Positions 45,783-54,888 of a DNA stretch of 64,000 nucleotides are shown in pieces. The stretch comes from an uncultured Acidobacteriota bacterium. GTDB taxonomy: Bacteria > Acidobacteriota > Polarisedimenticolia > Polarisedimenticolales > DASRJG01. Numbering within the stretch: position 1 is the stretch's first letter; every line of letters starts with the position of its first letter. Location of the stretch: the NCBI GenBank assembly GCA_964383585.1, contig CAYLHQ010000023.1, positions 2,707-66,706 of the forward strand. Reading direction: 5' to 3'. The position numbers were made by a program, and so were the translations under genes. Under the pieces are notes generated by a model. The model was not told the DNA's origin, did not search any database, and saw only the letters and a list, made by a program, of their open reading frames with translations.

Positions 45783-47020
45783 CGTCCCGCCTCGAGCAGC
45801 TGGAGCGGCGCGCAGGGGAACACCGCCACGCGCGGGCGGTCTCCCGCGAGGGCCCGAACGCGCCGGACCGCGCCGGCCCACGTCGGCTCGAACGGGTACC
45901 CTTCCCAGAACGAAACGCGCGCGTCGGCCTCGTTCAGATTCGGCGAGTGGAAGACGACCGGCCGGCCCTCGAGCCATTCGCGCTCGACCGGCTTCCGGTA
46001 GAGGCGCCCGCCGGGGCCGTGGAGCGAATGCCAGCCTCGCCCGCGCGGGCAGGCTGCGGTCACGACGACCGCACCCCCCGATCGCACCGGCATCGCGTTC
46101 GAGGAGCGCAGCACGTTGAAGGCGTTCCCGACCTGAAGCAGCTCGCCGTCCTTCGGGTAGGCGTTGAGGACGACGACATCGGCGGGACGGGACGGCGCAC
46201 GGGTGGCGTACACCTTCCGCGCGAGGGCAACCGCCGCGCGATGCGCGGCGACCGGGTGCCCGTAGAAGACCCCGGCGGTGCGGCGGCGCTCGTCGGTGAC
46301 GACGTTGACGATCGCCTCGAGACCGACCCGGAGCGCGATCTCCTCCATCTCCTCGCGCGCGGTGTTCGTCTCGACATTCCCGAGCCCACCGCTCACCCCC
46401 GTCACGGCGGGACGGTGATTCGCCTCGAGCGTCTCGATTCCGGACACCCCGGGAAGCACGATCTTCGCCCCGCCGCCGAACCCGGCGTAAGGGTGCGGCA
46501 GCACCGATCCCACGGCGATCTTGAGATCGGCCTCGTGGAAGAGTCGGTCGATCCGGATCGGGATCCCGCGCCTCGAAGTGCCGAGATCGACCAGGTTCTC
46601 GTAGGGGTGGTGGTTCGCGACGGAATATTGCGAGACGATCGTCCGCCCCAGCTTGCGAATCAGGTCGGGCCGCTCCATCGGGGCGTGTGCTCCCGATCCG
46701 ACGAGGATCCGGGTGCGCTCGCGAGGAACCCCGCCCGCGTGGATCGCGGCGAGGACGGCAGGGAGGATCTCGTCGAGACGCGCCGGGCGCGTGCCATCTT
46801 CGACGACGATGCAGGCGTCGCGGCGGCCGCGGGCGAGATCCTCGAGCGGCTTTGCCTCGATCGGTTCCGCGAGCGCCCGGGCGACCGCACCCTGCGGTGC
46901 GGGGCGCGCCCCCTTCGGGCGGTACACCGTCACACGCCAGCCCGGAGGGACGGCGAGCCGCCGCTCCCGCTCTCCGAATCCCGCTCCCCAGGGGAGGACG
47001 ATGGCGGGTCCTGCGCTCAC
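45779..47020 (-). CDS. LarA-superfamily (lactate racemase/DUF2088) nickel-pincer-dependent isomerase homolog
   Basis: IVVEDGTRP, LVGSGAHAPM, PHPYAGFGGGAKIVLPGV, EANH, VFYGHPVAAH. Confidence 0.82.
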   Translation of the reverse strand: MSAGPAIVLPWGAGFGERERRLAVPPGWRVTVYRPKGARPAPQGAVARALAEPIEAKPLEDLARGRRDACIVVEDGTRPARLDEILPAVLAAIHAGGVPRERTRILVGSGAHAPMERPDLIRKLGRTIVSQYSVANHHPYENLVDLGTSRRGIPIRIDRLFHEADLKIAVGSVLPHPYAGFGGGAKIVLPGVSGIETLEANHRPAVTGVSGGLGNVETNTAREEMEEIALRVGLEAIVNVVTDERRRTAGVFYGHPVAAHRAAVALARKVYATRAPSRPADVVVLNAYPKDGELLQVGNAFNVLRSSNAMPVRSGGAVVVTAACPRGRGWHSLHGPGGRLYRKPVEREWLEGRPVVFHSPNLNEADARVSFWEGYPFEPTWAGAVRRVRALAGDRPRVAVFPCAPLQLLEAGR

Positions 47021-47988
47021 TCCTCGTCGGGCTCCACCTCGACGGCGGGGATGTCCTGGCCGCGCGAGCCGAGGAAGATCACGATCTCGCCGATGAGGCC
47101 GATGGAGACGATCTGGACGCCCAGGACGAGGAGAAGGACGCCGAGCAGGAGCAGCGGCCGCTCCGCGAGGGCGGTCTTTCCGAAGAGGCGTTCGGCGGTC
47201 AGCCAGAGGGCGATCGCGAGGCCGACGGCCCCGAGCGCGAGGCCGATCAGACCGAAGAACCGGAGAGGCTTCCTCGTGAACTTCGTCAGAAAGAAGATCT
47301 GGAGGATGTCGAGGAGGCGGCGCGCGTAGACCCCGGGTCCGAAGACGCGGAGCCGGGCGTCCTCCTCGCGTTGCCGGACGGGGATCTCCTGGACGGCGAA
47401 GCCCCGCGCCGCGGCGAGGATCGGGAGGAACCGGTGCAGGTCGCCGTAGAGTTCGAGAGAGCGCGCCGCCTCCCGCGTGAAGCCGCGCAGGGCACAGGTC
47501 ATGTCCTGGAAACGCCTCCCCGAAAGCTTGCGGGTGAGCGCGTGGAAGACTCGGGCTTGCAAACGGTTGAGCAACGGGTCCCGACGCGGCTCCCGGCGCG
47601 TGACGACGACTTCGTCCCCCGCGTCGAGGCGGCCGAGGACGGCGAGGAGGTCGTCCGGTTCGACCTGGAAGCGGTCGGGGATCGTGACGACGAGGGCACC
47701 GCGGGCGCGCGCGAAGGCGAGGTCGAGCGCCGCCGCCTCGCCGAACCCCTTCGCGAGGCGGAAGACCTTCCGGGAGAACGGCCCCGCGGGCTCGGCGAGC
47801 AGCGAAGCCTCCGCTTCCGGCCGGGGACCGTTCAAGACGTAGAGGAACTCGGCCGAGCGTCCGTTCCGCGCCACGACCTCGGAGTAGGCGCGATGCACGG
47901 CTCCGAGATCCTTCGCCAGCCGGCTCACCGAGCAGACGACACTCAGGTCGATCTCGGCGCCGTCGGATGCCCGGCGCGACGGCCTCAT
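47017..47988 (-). CDS. Glycosyltransferase family 2 (ArnC/Dpm1-like) with C-terminal TM helices
   Basis: FGEAAAL, DMTCALRGF, GDLHRFLP, C-terminal QIVSIGLIGE. Confidence 0.85.
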   Translation of the reverse strand: MRPSRRASDGAEIDLSVVCSVSRLAKDLGAVHRAYSEVVARNGRSAEFLYVLNGPRPEAEASLLAEPAGPFSRKVFRLAKGFGEAAALDLAFARARGALVVTIPDRFQVEPDDLLAVLGRLDAGDEVVVTRREPRRDPLLNRLQARVFHALTRKLSGRRFQDMTCALRGFTREAARSLELYGDLHRFLPILAAARGFAVQEIPVRQREEDARLRVFGPGVYARRLLDILQIFFLTKFTRKPLRFFGLIGLALGAVGLAIALWLTAERLFGKTALAERPLLLLGVLLLVLGVQIVSIGLIGEIVIFLGSRGQDIPAVEVEPDEE

Positions 47989-49055
47989 GCGGAGTCTCCC
48001 TTCGGCGCGACCCCGTTCTCCGCGACGGGCGCCGCGAGGACCGCGGCGAGCCGCGACAGGAAGGCCTTGTCGGAGCCGGCGAGAACCAACTCCCCGAAGA
48101 CCGAAAGGGCGAGGAGGTGTCCGGCCAGGTAGAAGAACATCGCCGCGACCGAGGGGAAGACGATCGTCGCGGCCCCCGCGGGCCCACGCAGTTGCCAGAG
48201 CCACGCGGCCGCCGCCACGCCTCCGAGGACGAGCCACGGAAATGCGAGCCTTCCGAACCACGCCGACGGGCGCGAGCCGAACTGCGTGATCATCTTGATC
48301 GTGACCATGTCGGCGAGGACCTTGAACGTACGGGAGATCCCGTACTTGCTCTCCCCGTGGATCCGCGGGTGGTGCCGAACGACCACCTCGTCGATCCGCG
48401 CCCCCGTCATTGACGAGAGCGCCGGAAGGAACCGGTGCATGTCGGAGTAGAGACGGAGCGACCGGATCACCTCCGCCCGGTACGCCTTGAGCGAGCACCC
48501 GTTGTCGTGGATCGGTACCCCGGTCATCCAGGCGATGATCCGGTTGGCGATCTTCGACGGGAGTTTTCTCGAAAGCCACCTGTCCTTCCGGTCCTTCCGC
48601 CACCCGCAGACGACGTCCCATCCCGACTCGACCCGGTCGACGAGAAGAGGAATGTCCCGGGGATCGTTCTGGAGATCGCCGTCCATGCTGACGATGATCC
48701 TCCCGCGCGAGTGGGCGAACCCGGTCGCCATCGCGGCCGTCTGGCCCGAGTTCCGCCGCAGGAAGAGGAGACGGAACCGCCGGTCGCGGCGGCGCTCCTC
48801 GACGAGACGTTCCCGCGTCCCGTCCCGGCTCCCGTCGTCGACGAGGACCGCTTCCCAAGTGCGGGGCCACTCGCGCAGCGCCTCCCGGATCGCGGCGCAG
48901 AGGGGCCCCACGTTCGCTTCCTCGTTGTAGAGGGGAACGACGATCGAGACGTCGGGACCGGTCGACGGCACGGAACCGAACGATACGGACCGGGTGGGCG
49001 CGGTGTCAACGCGCCGAAAGTCGTGAGTCCCCGGGAACGGCCGTTTTCCTCTCAT
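47985..49055 (-). CDS. Glycosyltransferase family 2 (polyprenol-phosphate sugar transferase-like)
   Basis: VSIVVPLYNEE, VDDGSRD, RNSGQTAA, MDGDLQNDP, DNGCSLKAYR. Start uncertain. Confidence 0.9.
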   Translation of the reverse strand: MRGKRPFPGTHDFRRVDTAPTRSVSFGSVPSTGPDVSIVVPLYNEEANVGPLCAAIREALREWPRTWEAVLVDDGSRDGTRERLVEERRRDRRFRLLFLRRNSGQTAAMATGFAHSRGRIIVSMDGDLQNDPRDIPLLVDRVESGWDVVCGWRKDRKDRWLSRKLPSKIANRIIAWMTGVPIHDNGCSLKAYRAEVIRSLRLYSDMHRFLPALSSMTGARIDEVVVRHHPRIHGESKYGISRTFKVLADMVTIKMITQFGSRPSAWFGRLAFPWLVLGGVAAAAWLWQLRGPAGAATIVFPSVAAMFFYLAGHLLALSVFGELVLAGSDKAFLSRLAAVLAAPVAENGVAPKGDSA

Positions 49056-49090
49056 TCCTCCACCCGATCCGGACACGGAAAGGCGTTTCG

Positions 49091-49112
49091 ATCGCGGTAT
49101 ATATACTGCGAT
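49091..49112. promoter_or_regulatory. 22-bp near-perfect palindrome in a divergent promoter region
   Basis: atcgcggtatatatactgcgat (one mismatched pair). Confidence 0.45.
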
Positions 49113-49213
49113 CCGCACGATGACATGCGAGGACGCCGTCCCATATAGTCGCGCGAGAACCGTTCTCTGAGACATGCTGCCGCCGAACCGGCAGCCGTTC
49201 GTTCGAGGGCTCG

Positions 49214-50020
49214 ATGGAACCCACTCCCTGGCAACTGCAGATGTTCTCGAAGTCCCTGAAAAAGCGGCAGAAGCTTCGCCTCATCCTGAAGCAACTGGGC
49301 GAGTTGGAAGGCCTGCGCTGCGCCCTCGTCACGAACGGGGACAACAACGGCGCCCTGAATCACCACTTCCGCGCCGCGGGGGGAAGCTGGATCTGGGTCG
49401 AGAACGAGCCGGAGCACATCGCCGAGATGGAGGAGTTGCTCGGAGAGCGGGTTCTCGCCGGGTCCCCGGACAAGATCCCGCTCCCCGACGGTTCGCTCGA
49501 CGTCGTCGTGAGCATCGACGTCCACGAGCACCTCACCGACTGCCGCCCGTTCTCCCGCGAGCTTGCCCGAGTGGTGAAACCCGGCGGTACGGTGATCGCG
49601 AGCACGCCGACGGGGGAAACCTGGAAACCGGTGACGGTCCTCAAGCACCTCGTCGGCATGCGCAAGGAGGACTACGGCCACGTCGTCGTGGGGTACACCC
49701 TCGAGGACCACGAACGGATGTTCCGTGAAGCGGGGATCGAGCCGGTCGCGCGGGGAACGTACTCGAAGTTCTTCACCGAGATGCTCGAGCTCGCGATCAA
49801 CTTCGCCTACGTGAAGATCCTCGCGAAGAAGAAGGCGGGGCCCGCCGTGAAGGAAGGAACGATCGCTCCCTCCTCGAAAGACCAGCTCCGGGCGGTCGAA
49901 AAGCAGCTCCGCGTGTATTCGTTCGCCTATCCCTTCCTGCGGGCGATCTCGAGCCTCGACGCCCTCCTCTTCTTCTTCCGCGGGTACGCGGTCTCCGTGG
50001 TGGGGAGGCGGTCCGCGTGA
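49214..50020 (+). CDS. Class I SAM-dependent methyltransferase-like protein
   Basis: IPLPDGSLDVVVSIDVHEHL and ARVVKPGG. Motif I is atypical (LVTNGDNNG). Confidence 0.75.
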   Translation: MEPTPWQLQMFSKSLKKRQKLRLILKQLGELEGLRCALVTNGDNNGALNHHFRAAGGSWIWVENEPEHIAEMEELLGERVLAGSPDKIPLPDGSLDVVVSIDVHEHLTDCRPFSRELARVVKPGGTVIASTPTGETWKPVTVLKHLVGMRKEDYGHVVVGYTLEDHERMFREAGIEPVARGTYSKFFTEMLELAINFAYVKILAKKKAGPAVKEGTIAPSSKDQLRAVEKQLRVYSFAYPFLRAISSLDALLFFFRGYAVSVVGRRSA

Positions 50021-51027
50021 GCGAACGGGTGCTCGTCACCGGCGCGGGGGGGTTCATCGGCAGCCACCTCGCCGCCGACCAGCTGCGACGGGGGCGGACG
50101 GTCGTGGCAGTCGACCTCCACCTCGACCGCCTCGCCCCCCTCGGCACCCGCGCCGGCCTCGAACGGATCGAGGGGGACGTCGCCGACCCCGAAGTCCAGG
50201 CGCGCGCGGTCCGCGGCGTCGACACCGTCTTCCACCTCGCGGCCGCCCACCTCGGCGCCTCGGTCCCCGCCTCGGAGTTCGACCGCATCAACGTCTCCGG
50301 GGTGAAGACCCTCGTCGACGCGTCGGCCGCGGAGCGGGTGCGCCGCTTCGTCCACTGCAGCAGCGTCGGCGTGTACGGTGAGGTGGCCGATCCCCCGTAC
50401 GACGAGGACTCTCCCTGCCGGCCCGAACTCGATTACGAGCGGACCAAACTCGCGGGAGAGCGGGTCGTCCTCGAAGCGGCGAAGGCGGGATTTCCGGGGG
50501 TCGTTCTCCGCCCGGCCTGGGTCTACGGGCCCGGATGCCCGCGCACGGAGAAGCTCTTCCGGTCGATCGGGAAGGGCCGGTTCTTCCTCGTCGGGAAGGC
50601 CGACACGCTCCGGCACTGCGTCTACATCCGCGACATGGTCGACGCGTTCGAACTCGCCGCGCGGAGCGACGCGGCGCTCGGAAAGGTCTTCGTGATCGCG
50701 GACGCGGGCGCGGTTCCCGTGAGGGACCTCGTGCGCGAGATCGCCCGCCTCACCGGGGCGCCGATGCCGCGCACGGTGCCGGCGCCGCTCTTCCTCGCGG
50801 GGGCGGTCGCGCTAGAAGCCGCGTTCGGCGTTTTCGGGAAGGAGCCTCCGGTCTCCCGGCGCACGATGCGGTTTTTCACGGGAAACACCGCGTTCGACAT
50901 CTCGCGCGCCCGCTCGGTCCTCGGGTACGAACCCCGGTGGGATTTCGCGCGCGGGCTCGAGGAAACGGCGGCGATTCTCGCGCGCGGCCCCTTCCACGTC
51001 CCGCTCCCCGAAAGGGCCGCGCCGTGA
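50017..51027 (+). CDS. NAD-dependent epimerase/dehydratase
   Basis: VTGAGGFIGSHL, HCSSVGVYG, YERTK, RPAWVYGP. Confidence 0.93.
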   Translation: MSERVLVTGAGGFIGSHLAADQLRRGRTVVAVDLHLDRLAPLGTRAGLERIEGDVADPEVQARAVRGVDTVFHLAAAHLGASVPASEFDRINVSGVKTLVDASAAERVRRFVHCSSVGVYGEVADPPYDEDSPCRPELDYERTKLAGERVVLEAAKAGFPGVVLRPAWVYGPGCPRTEKLFRSIGKGRFFLVGKADTLRHCVYIRDMVDAFELAARSDAALGKVFVIADAGAVPVRDLVREIARLTGAPMPRTVPAPLFLAGAVALEAAFGVFGKEPPVSRRTMRFFTGNTAFDISRARSVLGYEPRWDFARGLEETAAILARGPFHVPLPERAAP

Positions 51028-51845
51028 GCCGGAGTCCCCGCCTCCTCGCCGACGGCCACGTCCACCTTCACCCCTGCTTCGAGTTGGGGACATTCCTCGA
51101 CGCGGCGAAGGCGAACCTCGGGACGGGCGCGAGGGAGGTCCCGAACGCGGCGGTCGAACCGGGGGTGCTCTTCCTGACCGAGTCGGCCGGGGTTCGTCGG
51201 CTTCGGGACATCCTCGACGCTCCCCTCCCCCGTGCCGCGGGACGGTGGACGATCGCCGCGGGAGCGGACGGTCGCTCCGCCCTCGCACGCGACGGAGAGG
51301 GCTCGTCGATCCTCCTCGTCGAAGGACGCCAGATCGCGACGCGCGAGCGGCTCGAGGTGCTCGGTCTCGGATGCGGCGCGGAGATCCCCGACGGGCTTTC
51401 CCTCGAGGAATCCCTCGCGCGCGTCCTCGCGAGCGGCGCCCTCGCGGTGATCCCCTGGGGCTTCGGAAAGTGGTGGGCCTCGCGCGGACGACGCGTCGCG
51501 GAGGCGATCGCCGGGGCGGACCGCCTGCGGGTCTTCCTCGGAGACAACGGCGGCCGCCTCCGCCACGGCCCTCCTCCCGCGCTCTTCCCGCGCGCCGAGG
51601 CGCTGGGCTTCCGAGTGCTCCCCGGGAGCGACCCTCTCCCCTTCCCGCGCGAGGTACGGCGCGTCGGCTCGTACGGCTTCGCCCTCGACGCGTCCGTCGA
51701 CGCCGCGGCCCCGGTCGCTTCGCTTCTCGCGCGCCTCGCGTCGCCCGGGCCCGGCTTCGACCGCTTCGGCCGGCGGGCCTCGGTGATCGAGTTCGCCCGC
51801 AACCAGATCGCCATGCAGTGGCGCCTCCGCGCGGCGAGGGTCTGA
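51024..51845 (+). CDS. PHP-like metal-dependent hydrolase (hypothetical)
   Basis: N-terminal DGHVH and C-terminal GSD motifs. Both ends overlap neighbouring genes. Confidence 0.6.
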   Translation: MSRSPRLLADGHVHLHPCFELGTFLDAAKANLGTGAREVPNAAVEPGVLFLTESAGVRRLRDILDAPLPRAAGRWTIAAGADGRSALARDGEGSSILLVEGRQIATRERLEVLGLGCGAEIPDGLSLEESLARVLASGALAVIPWGFGKWWASRGRRVAEAIAGADRLRVFLGDNGGRLRHGPPPALFPRAEALGFRVLPGSDPLPFPREVRRVGSYGFALDASVDAAAPVASLLARLASPGPGFDRFGRRASVIEFARNQIAMQWRLRAARV

Positions 51846-53029
51846 TGCGCGCCCTCGTGATCGCCCCCCAGCCTTTCTTTTCGCCACGCGGAACTCCGTT
51901 CAGCGTCTACTACCGCACGCTCGTCACGAGCGAGTTGGGCGTCGAGGTCGACCTTCTGACCTACGGGGAAGGACAGGACCCGGATCTGCCGGGGGTGCGG
52001 ATCGTCCGGATCCCGCGTTTCCGCTTCCTCGGCCCGATCCCGGTCGGCCCCTCCGCCGTCAAAGCGTTCCTCGACCTCTTCGTCGTCCTCTGGACGCTCG
52101 GGCTTCTCCTCCGCAGGCGCTACGACGTCGTGCACGCCCACGAGGAAGCGGTCTTCTTCTGCCGGTTCTTGAAGCCCCTCTTCCGCTTTCGACTGATCTA
52201 CGACATGCACTCGAGTCTCCCGCAGCAACTCACCAACTTCGCCTTCACGAAGTCGCGCCTCCTGATCGGGGCGTTCGAGGCGCTCGAAAACTCCGCCCTC
52301 CGCGCCGCGGACGGGGTCATCACGATCTGCCCCGAGCTCGCCGACTACGCGGTCCCCCGCATGCCCGACCCCGGCCGGCACTTCCTGATCGAGAACTCGA
52401 TCTTCGAACCGGTGCGCCTGAAGGCGGCCCCCGGAGACGCCGCCGCCTCGTCCGTCGCGGCTCCGCTCCCCGAAGACCGTCCGATCGTCGCCTACGCGGG
52501 GACGATGGAGGCCTATCAGGGGATCGGGCTCCTGCTCGACGCCTTCGCGGCGGCGAAGGACTCCCCGTCCCGCCCGTTGCTCCTCCTCGTCGGCGGCACG
52601 GCCGAGCAGGTCGCGCGCTACCGCGAGCACGCGGCGCGGGTCGGGATCGCGGACGACACGATCTTCACGGGCCGCGTTCCCCAGAGCGACGCGCGGCGCC
52701 TTCTCGACCGCGCCGCGGTCCTCGTGTCGCCCCGCGTCGAGGGGACGAACACCCCGCTCAAGATCTACGAGCAGCTCGCGAGCGGGAAGCCGCTCGTCGC
52801 CACGCGGATCCTCTCCCACACCCAGGTCCTCGACGACGACGTCTGCTTCCTCGCGGATCCGGACGCCTCCTCCTTCGGAAACGCGCTCCGCCGCGCTCTC
52901 GAGGACCGCGTCGAAGCGGAGCGGGTCGTGCGCGGGGCGCTCGCCCTCTACGAACGGCGCTACGCGCGTCCGGTCTACGTGGAAAAGATGAAACGCCTCT
53001 TCGCGCGGGTCCTGCCGTGTGCGGGATAA
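51845..53029 (+). CDS. Glycosyltransferase family 4
   Basis: VHAHEE, YAGTMEAYQG, VSPRVEGTNTPLKIYE. Confidence 0.9.
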   Translation: MRALVIAPQPFFSPRGTPFSVYYRTLVTSELGVEVDLLTYGEGQDPDLPGVRIVRIPRFRFLGPIPVGPSAVKAFLDLFVVLWTLGLLLRRRYDVVHAHEEAVFFCRFLKPLFRFRLIYDMHSSLPQQLTNFAFTKSRLLIGAFEALENSALRAADGVITICPELADYAVPRMPDPGRHFLIENSIFEPVRLKAAPGDAAASSVAAPLPEDRPIVAYAGTMEAYQGIGLLLDAFAAAKDSPSRPLLLLVGGTAEQVARYREHAARVGIADDTIFTGRVPQSDARRLLDRAAVLVSPRVEGTNTPLKIYEQLASGKPLVATRILSHTQVLDDDVCFLADPDASSFGNALRRALEDRVEAERVVRGALALYERRYARPVYVEKMKRLFARVLPCAG

Positions 53030-54888
53030 CCGGGATTGTCCCGCTCGCGGGGACGAACGTCCCCCTCGACCGGCTCGACGCGATGGCCGAAACGCTCGTC
53101 CATCGCGGACCGGACGGCGCCTACCGGCACGACGCCTTCGGGGTCGGCCTCGCGATGCGCCGCCTCGCGATCATCGACGTCGAAGGGGGCGCCCAGCCCT
53201 ATTTCGACGAGACGGGCTCGATCCGCGCCGTCTTCAACGGGGAGATCTACAACTTCCGGGAGCTGCGGGAGGATCTCGAGACACGCGGCCATCGCTTCGC
53301 CTCCCACACCGACGGCGAGGTGATCCCCCACCTCTGGGAGGAGCACGGCGAGGCGTTCGTCGAACGCCTCAACGGGATGTTCGCGATCGCCCTCCACGAC
53401 GCGCGGCGTGGGGTCGTCCTCCTCGCACGGGATCGGATCGGGATCAAGCCGCTCTACTACGCTCTCTCCCCGAAGCACCTGGTCTTCGGTTCCGAGCTCA
53501 AGTCCCTCCTCGCCTCGGGCCTCGTCGAGCGCCGTCTCGACGTCGACGCGCTCGGACAGCTCCTCGCTTGGGAGTACGTTCCGGCCCCCGCGACCCTCCT
53601 CGTGGGGGTCCACAAGCTCCGGCCCTCCGAAACGCTCCTCGTCGACCTGCGGACGGGGGCCTCGCGCTCGCGACGCTACTGGGACCTTCCTCCGCCGGAG
53701 GTCCGCCCCTCCGTGTCCGCCGGCGAATGGGGAGACCGCATCGAGGAATCGGTCGGCCGCGCGGTCCGGCGGCAGATGGTCAGCGACGTCCCGCTCGGCG
53801 CCTTCCTCTCGGGCGGGGTCGACAGCTCGCTCGTCGTCGCGATGATGGGAGACGCCCGCGCGTTCAGCATCGCCTTCGACGACCCGACCTACGACGAGAG
53901 CCCGTGGGCGCGCCGTGTCGCTGCCCACCTCGGGGTGCGCCACCGGGTCGAGACGATCCGCCCCGACGTCGCCGGGACGTTCGACCGGTTGATGCGCCAC
54001 ATGGACGACCCGATCGGCGACTTCTCGATCTTTCCGACGTTCCTCGTGTCGAGGCTCGCGCGGGAGGAGGTCACGGTCGTCCTCTCCGGCGACGGAGGCG
54101 ACGAGGTCTTCGGCGGGTACGAGACGTACGCCGCCCTCGGCCGGGAGAAGACGTGGAACCGGATCCCGGGGCTCCTCCGCAAGGGGGCCCTCGAACCGGC
54201 GATCGACGCGCTCCGGCCGACCCGCGCGAAGAAAGGGCTCGTCAACAAGGCGAAGCGGTTCGTCGCGGGGGCCCGGCTCGACCCGGCGATGGGGCACGCG
54301 CGCTGGAGGATCTTCCTCGACGACGCGGCGCGGGAGGGGCTCTTCACGGCCGACGCCCTCTCGGCGATCTCCACCCCGGCGGGCGCGCACATCGTCGAAC
54401 TCGCCGCGCGGGCGGGCTCGAGGGATGCGGTCGATCGCGCCCTCTACGTCGACCTCTTCAGTTACCTCCCGGAGAACTGCCTCGCGAAGGTCGACCGGAT
54501 GTCGATGGCGGTCTCTCTCGAGGGACGCGTCCCCCTCCTCGATCATGAGGTGGTCGAGCTGGCCTTCTCCGCGCCCTCCTCCCTCAAGGTCCGAGGGGCG
54601 GCGACGAAGATCCTCCTCAAGGAGGTCGCCGCCCGCCGGGTTCCCCGGAAGTGCGTCTACCGCCGCAAGGAGGGATTCAGCATCCCGATCAAGAACTGGC
54701 TCGGCGGGGAGCTGCGCCCGCTCATGGAGGATCTGCTCTCTCCCGCGCACCTCGCCGAGCAAGGGCTCTTCCGGACGGGCGCGGTCGAGCGCCTGAAGCG
54801 CGAACACCTCGAAGGCGCGGCGAACCACTCCCATGTGCTCTGGACCCTCATGGTCTTCCAGGATTGGAGGCGGCGATGGGGGGTGTGA
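53017..54888 (+). CDS. asnB: Asparagine synthase (glutamine-hydrolysing) family amidotransferase
   Basis: MCGI N-terminus, RGPD, FNGEIYN, LSGGVDSS, SGDGGDE. Confidence 0.93.
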   Translation: MCGITGIVPLAGTNVPLDRLDAMAETLVHRGPDGAYRHDAFGVGLAMRRLAIIDVEGGAQPYFDETGSIRAVFNGEIYNFRELREDLETRGHRFASHTDGEVIPHLWEEHGEAFVERLNGMFAIALHDARRGVVLLARDRIGIKPLYYALSPKHLVFGSELKSLLASGLVERRLDVDALGQLLAWEYVPAPATLLVGVHKLRPSETLLVDLRTGASRSRRYWDLPPPEVRPSVSAGEWGDRIEESVGRAVRRQMVSDVPLGAFLSGGVDSSLVVAMMGDARAFSIAFDDPTYDESPWARRVAAHLGVRHRVETIRPDVAGTFDRLMRHMDDPIGDFSIFPTFLVSRLAREEVTVVLSGDGGDEVFGGYETYAALGREKTWNRIPGLLRKGALEPAIDALRPTRAKKGLVNKAKRFVAGARLDPAMGHARWRIFLDDAAREGLFTADALSAISTPAGAHIVELAARAGSRDAVDRALYVDLFSYLPENCLAKVDRMSMAVSLEGRVPLLDHEVVELAFSAPSSLKVRGAATKILLKEVAARRVPRKCVYRRKEGFSIPIKNWLGGELRPLMEDLLSPAHLAEQGLFRTGAVERLKREHLEGAANHSHVLWTLMVFQDWRRRWGV

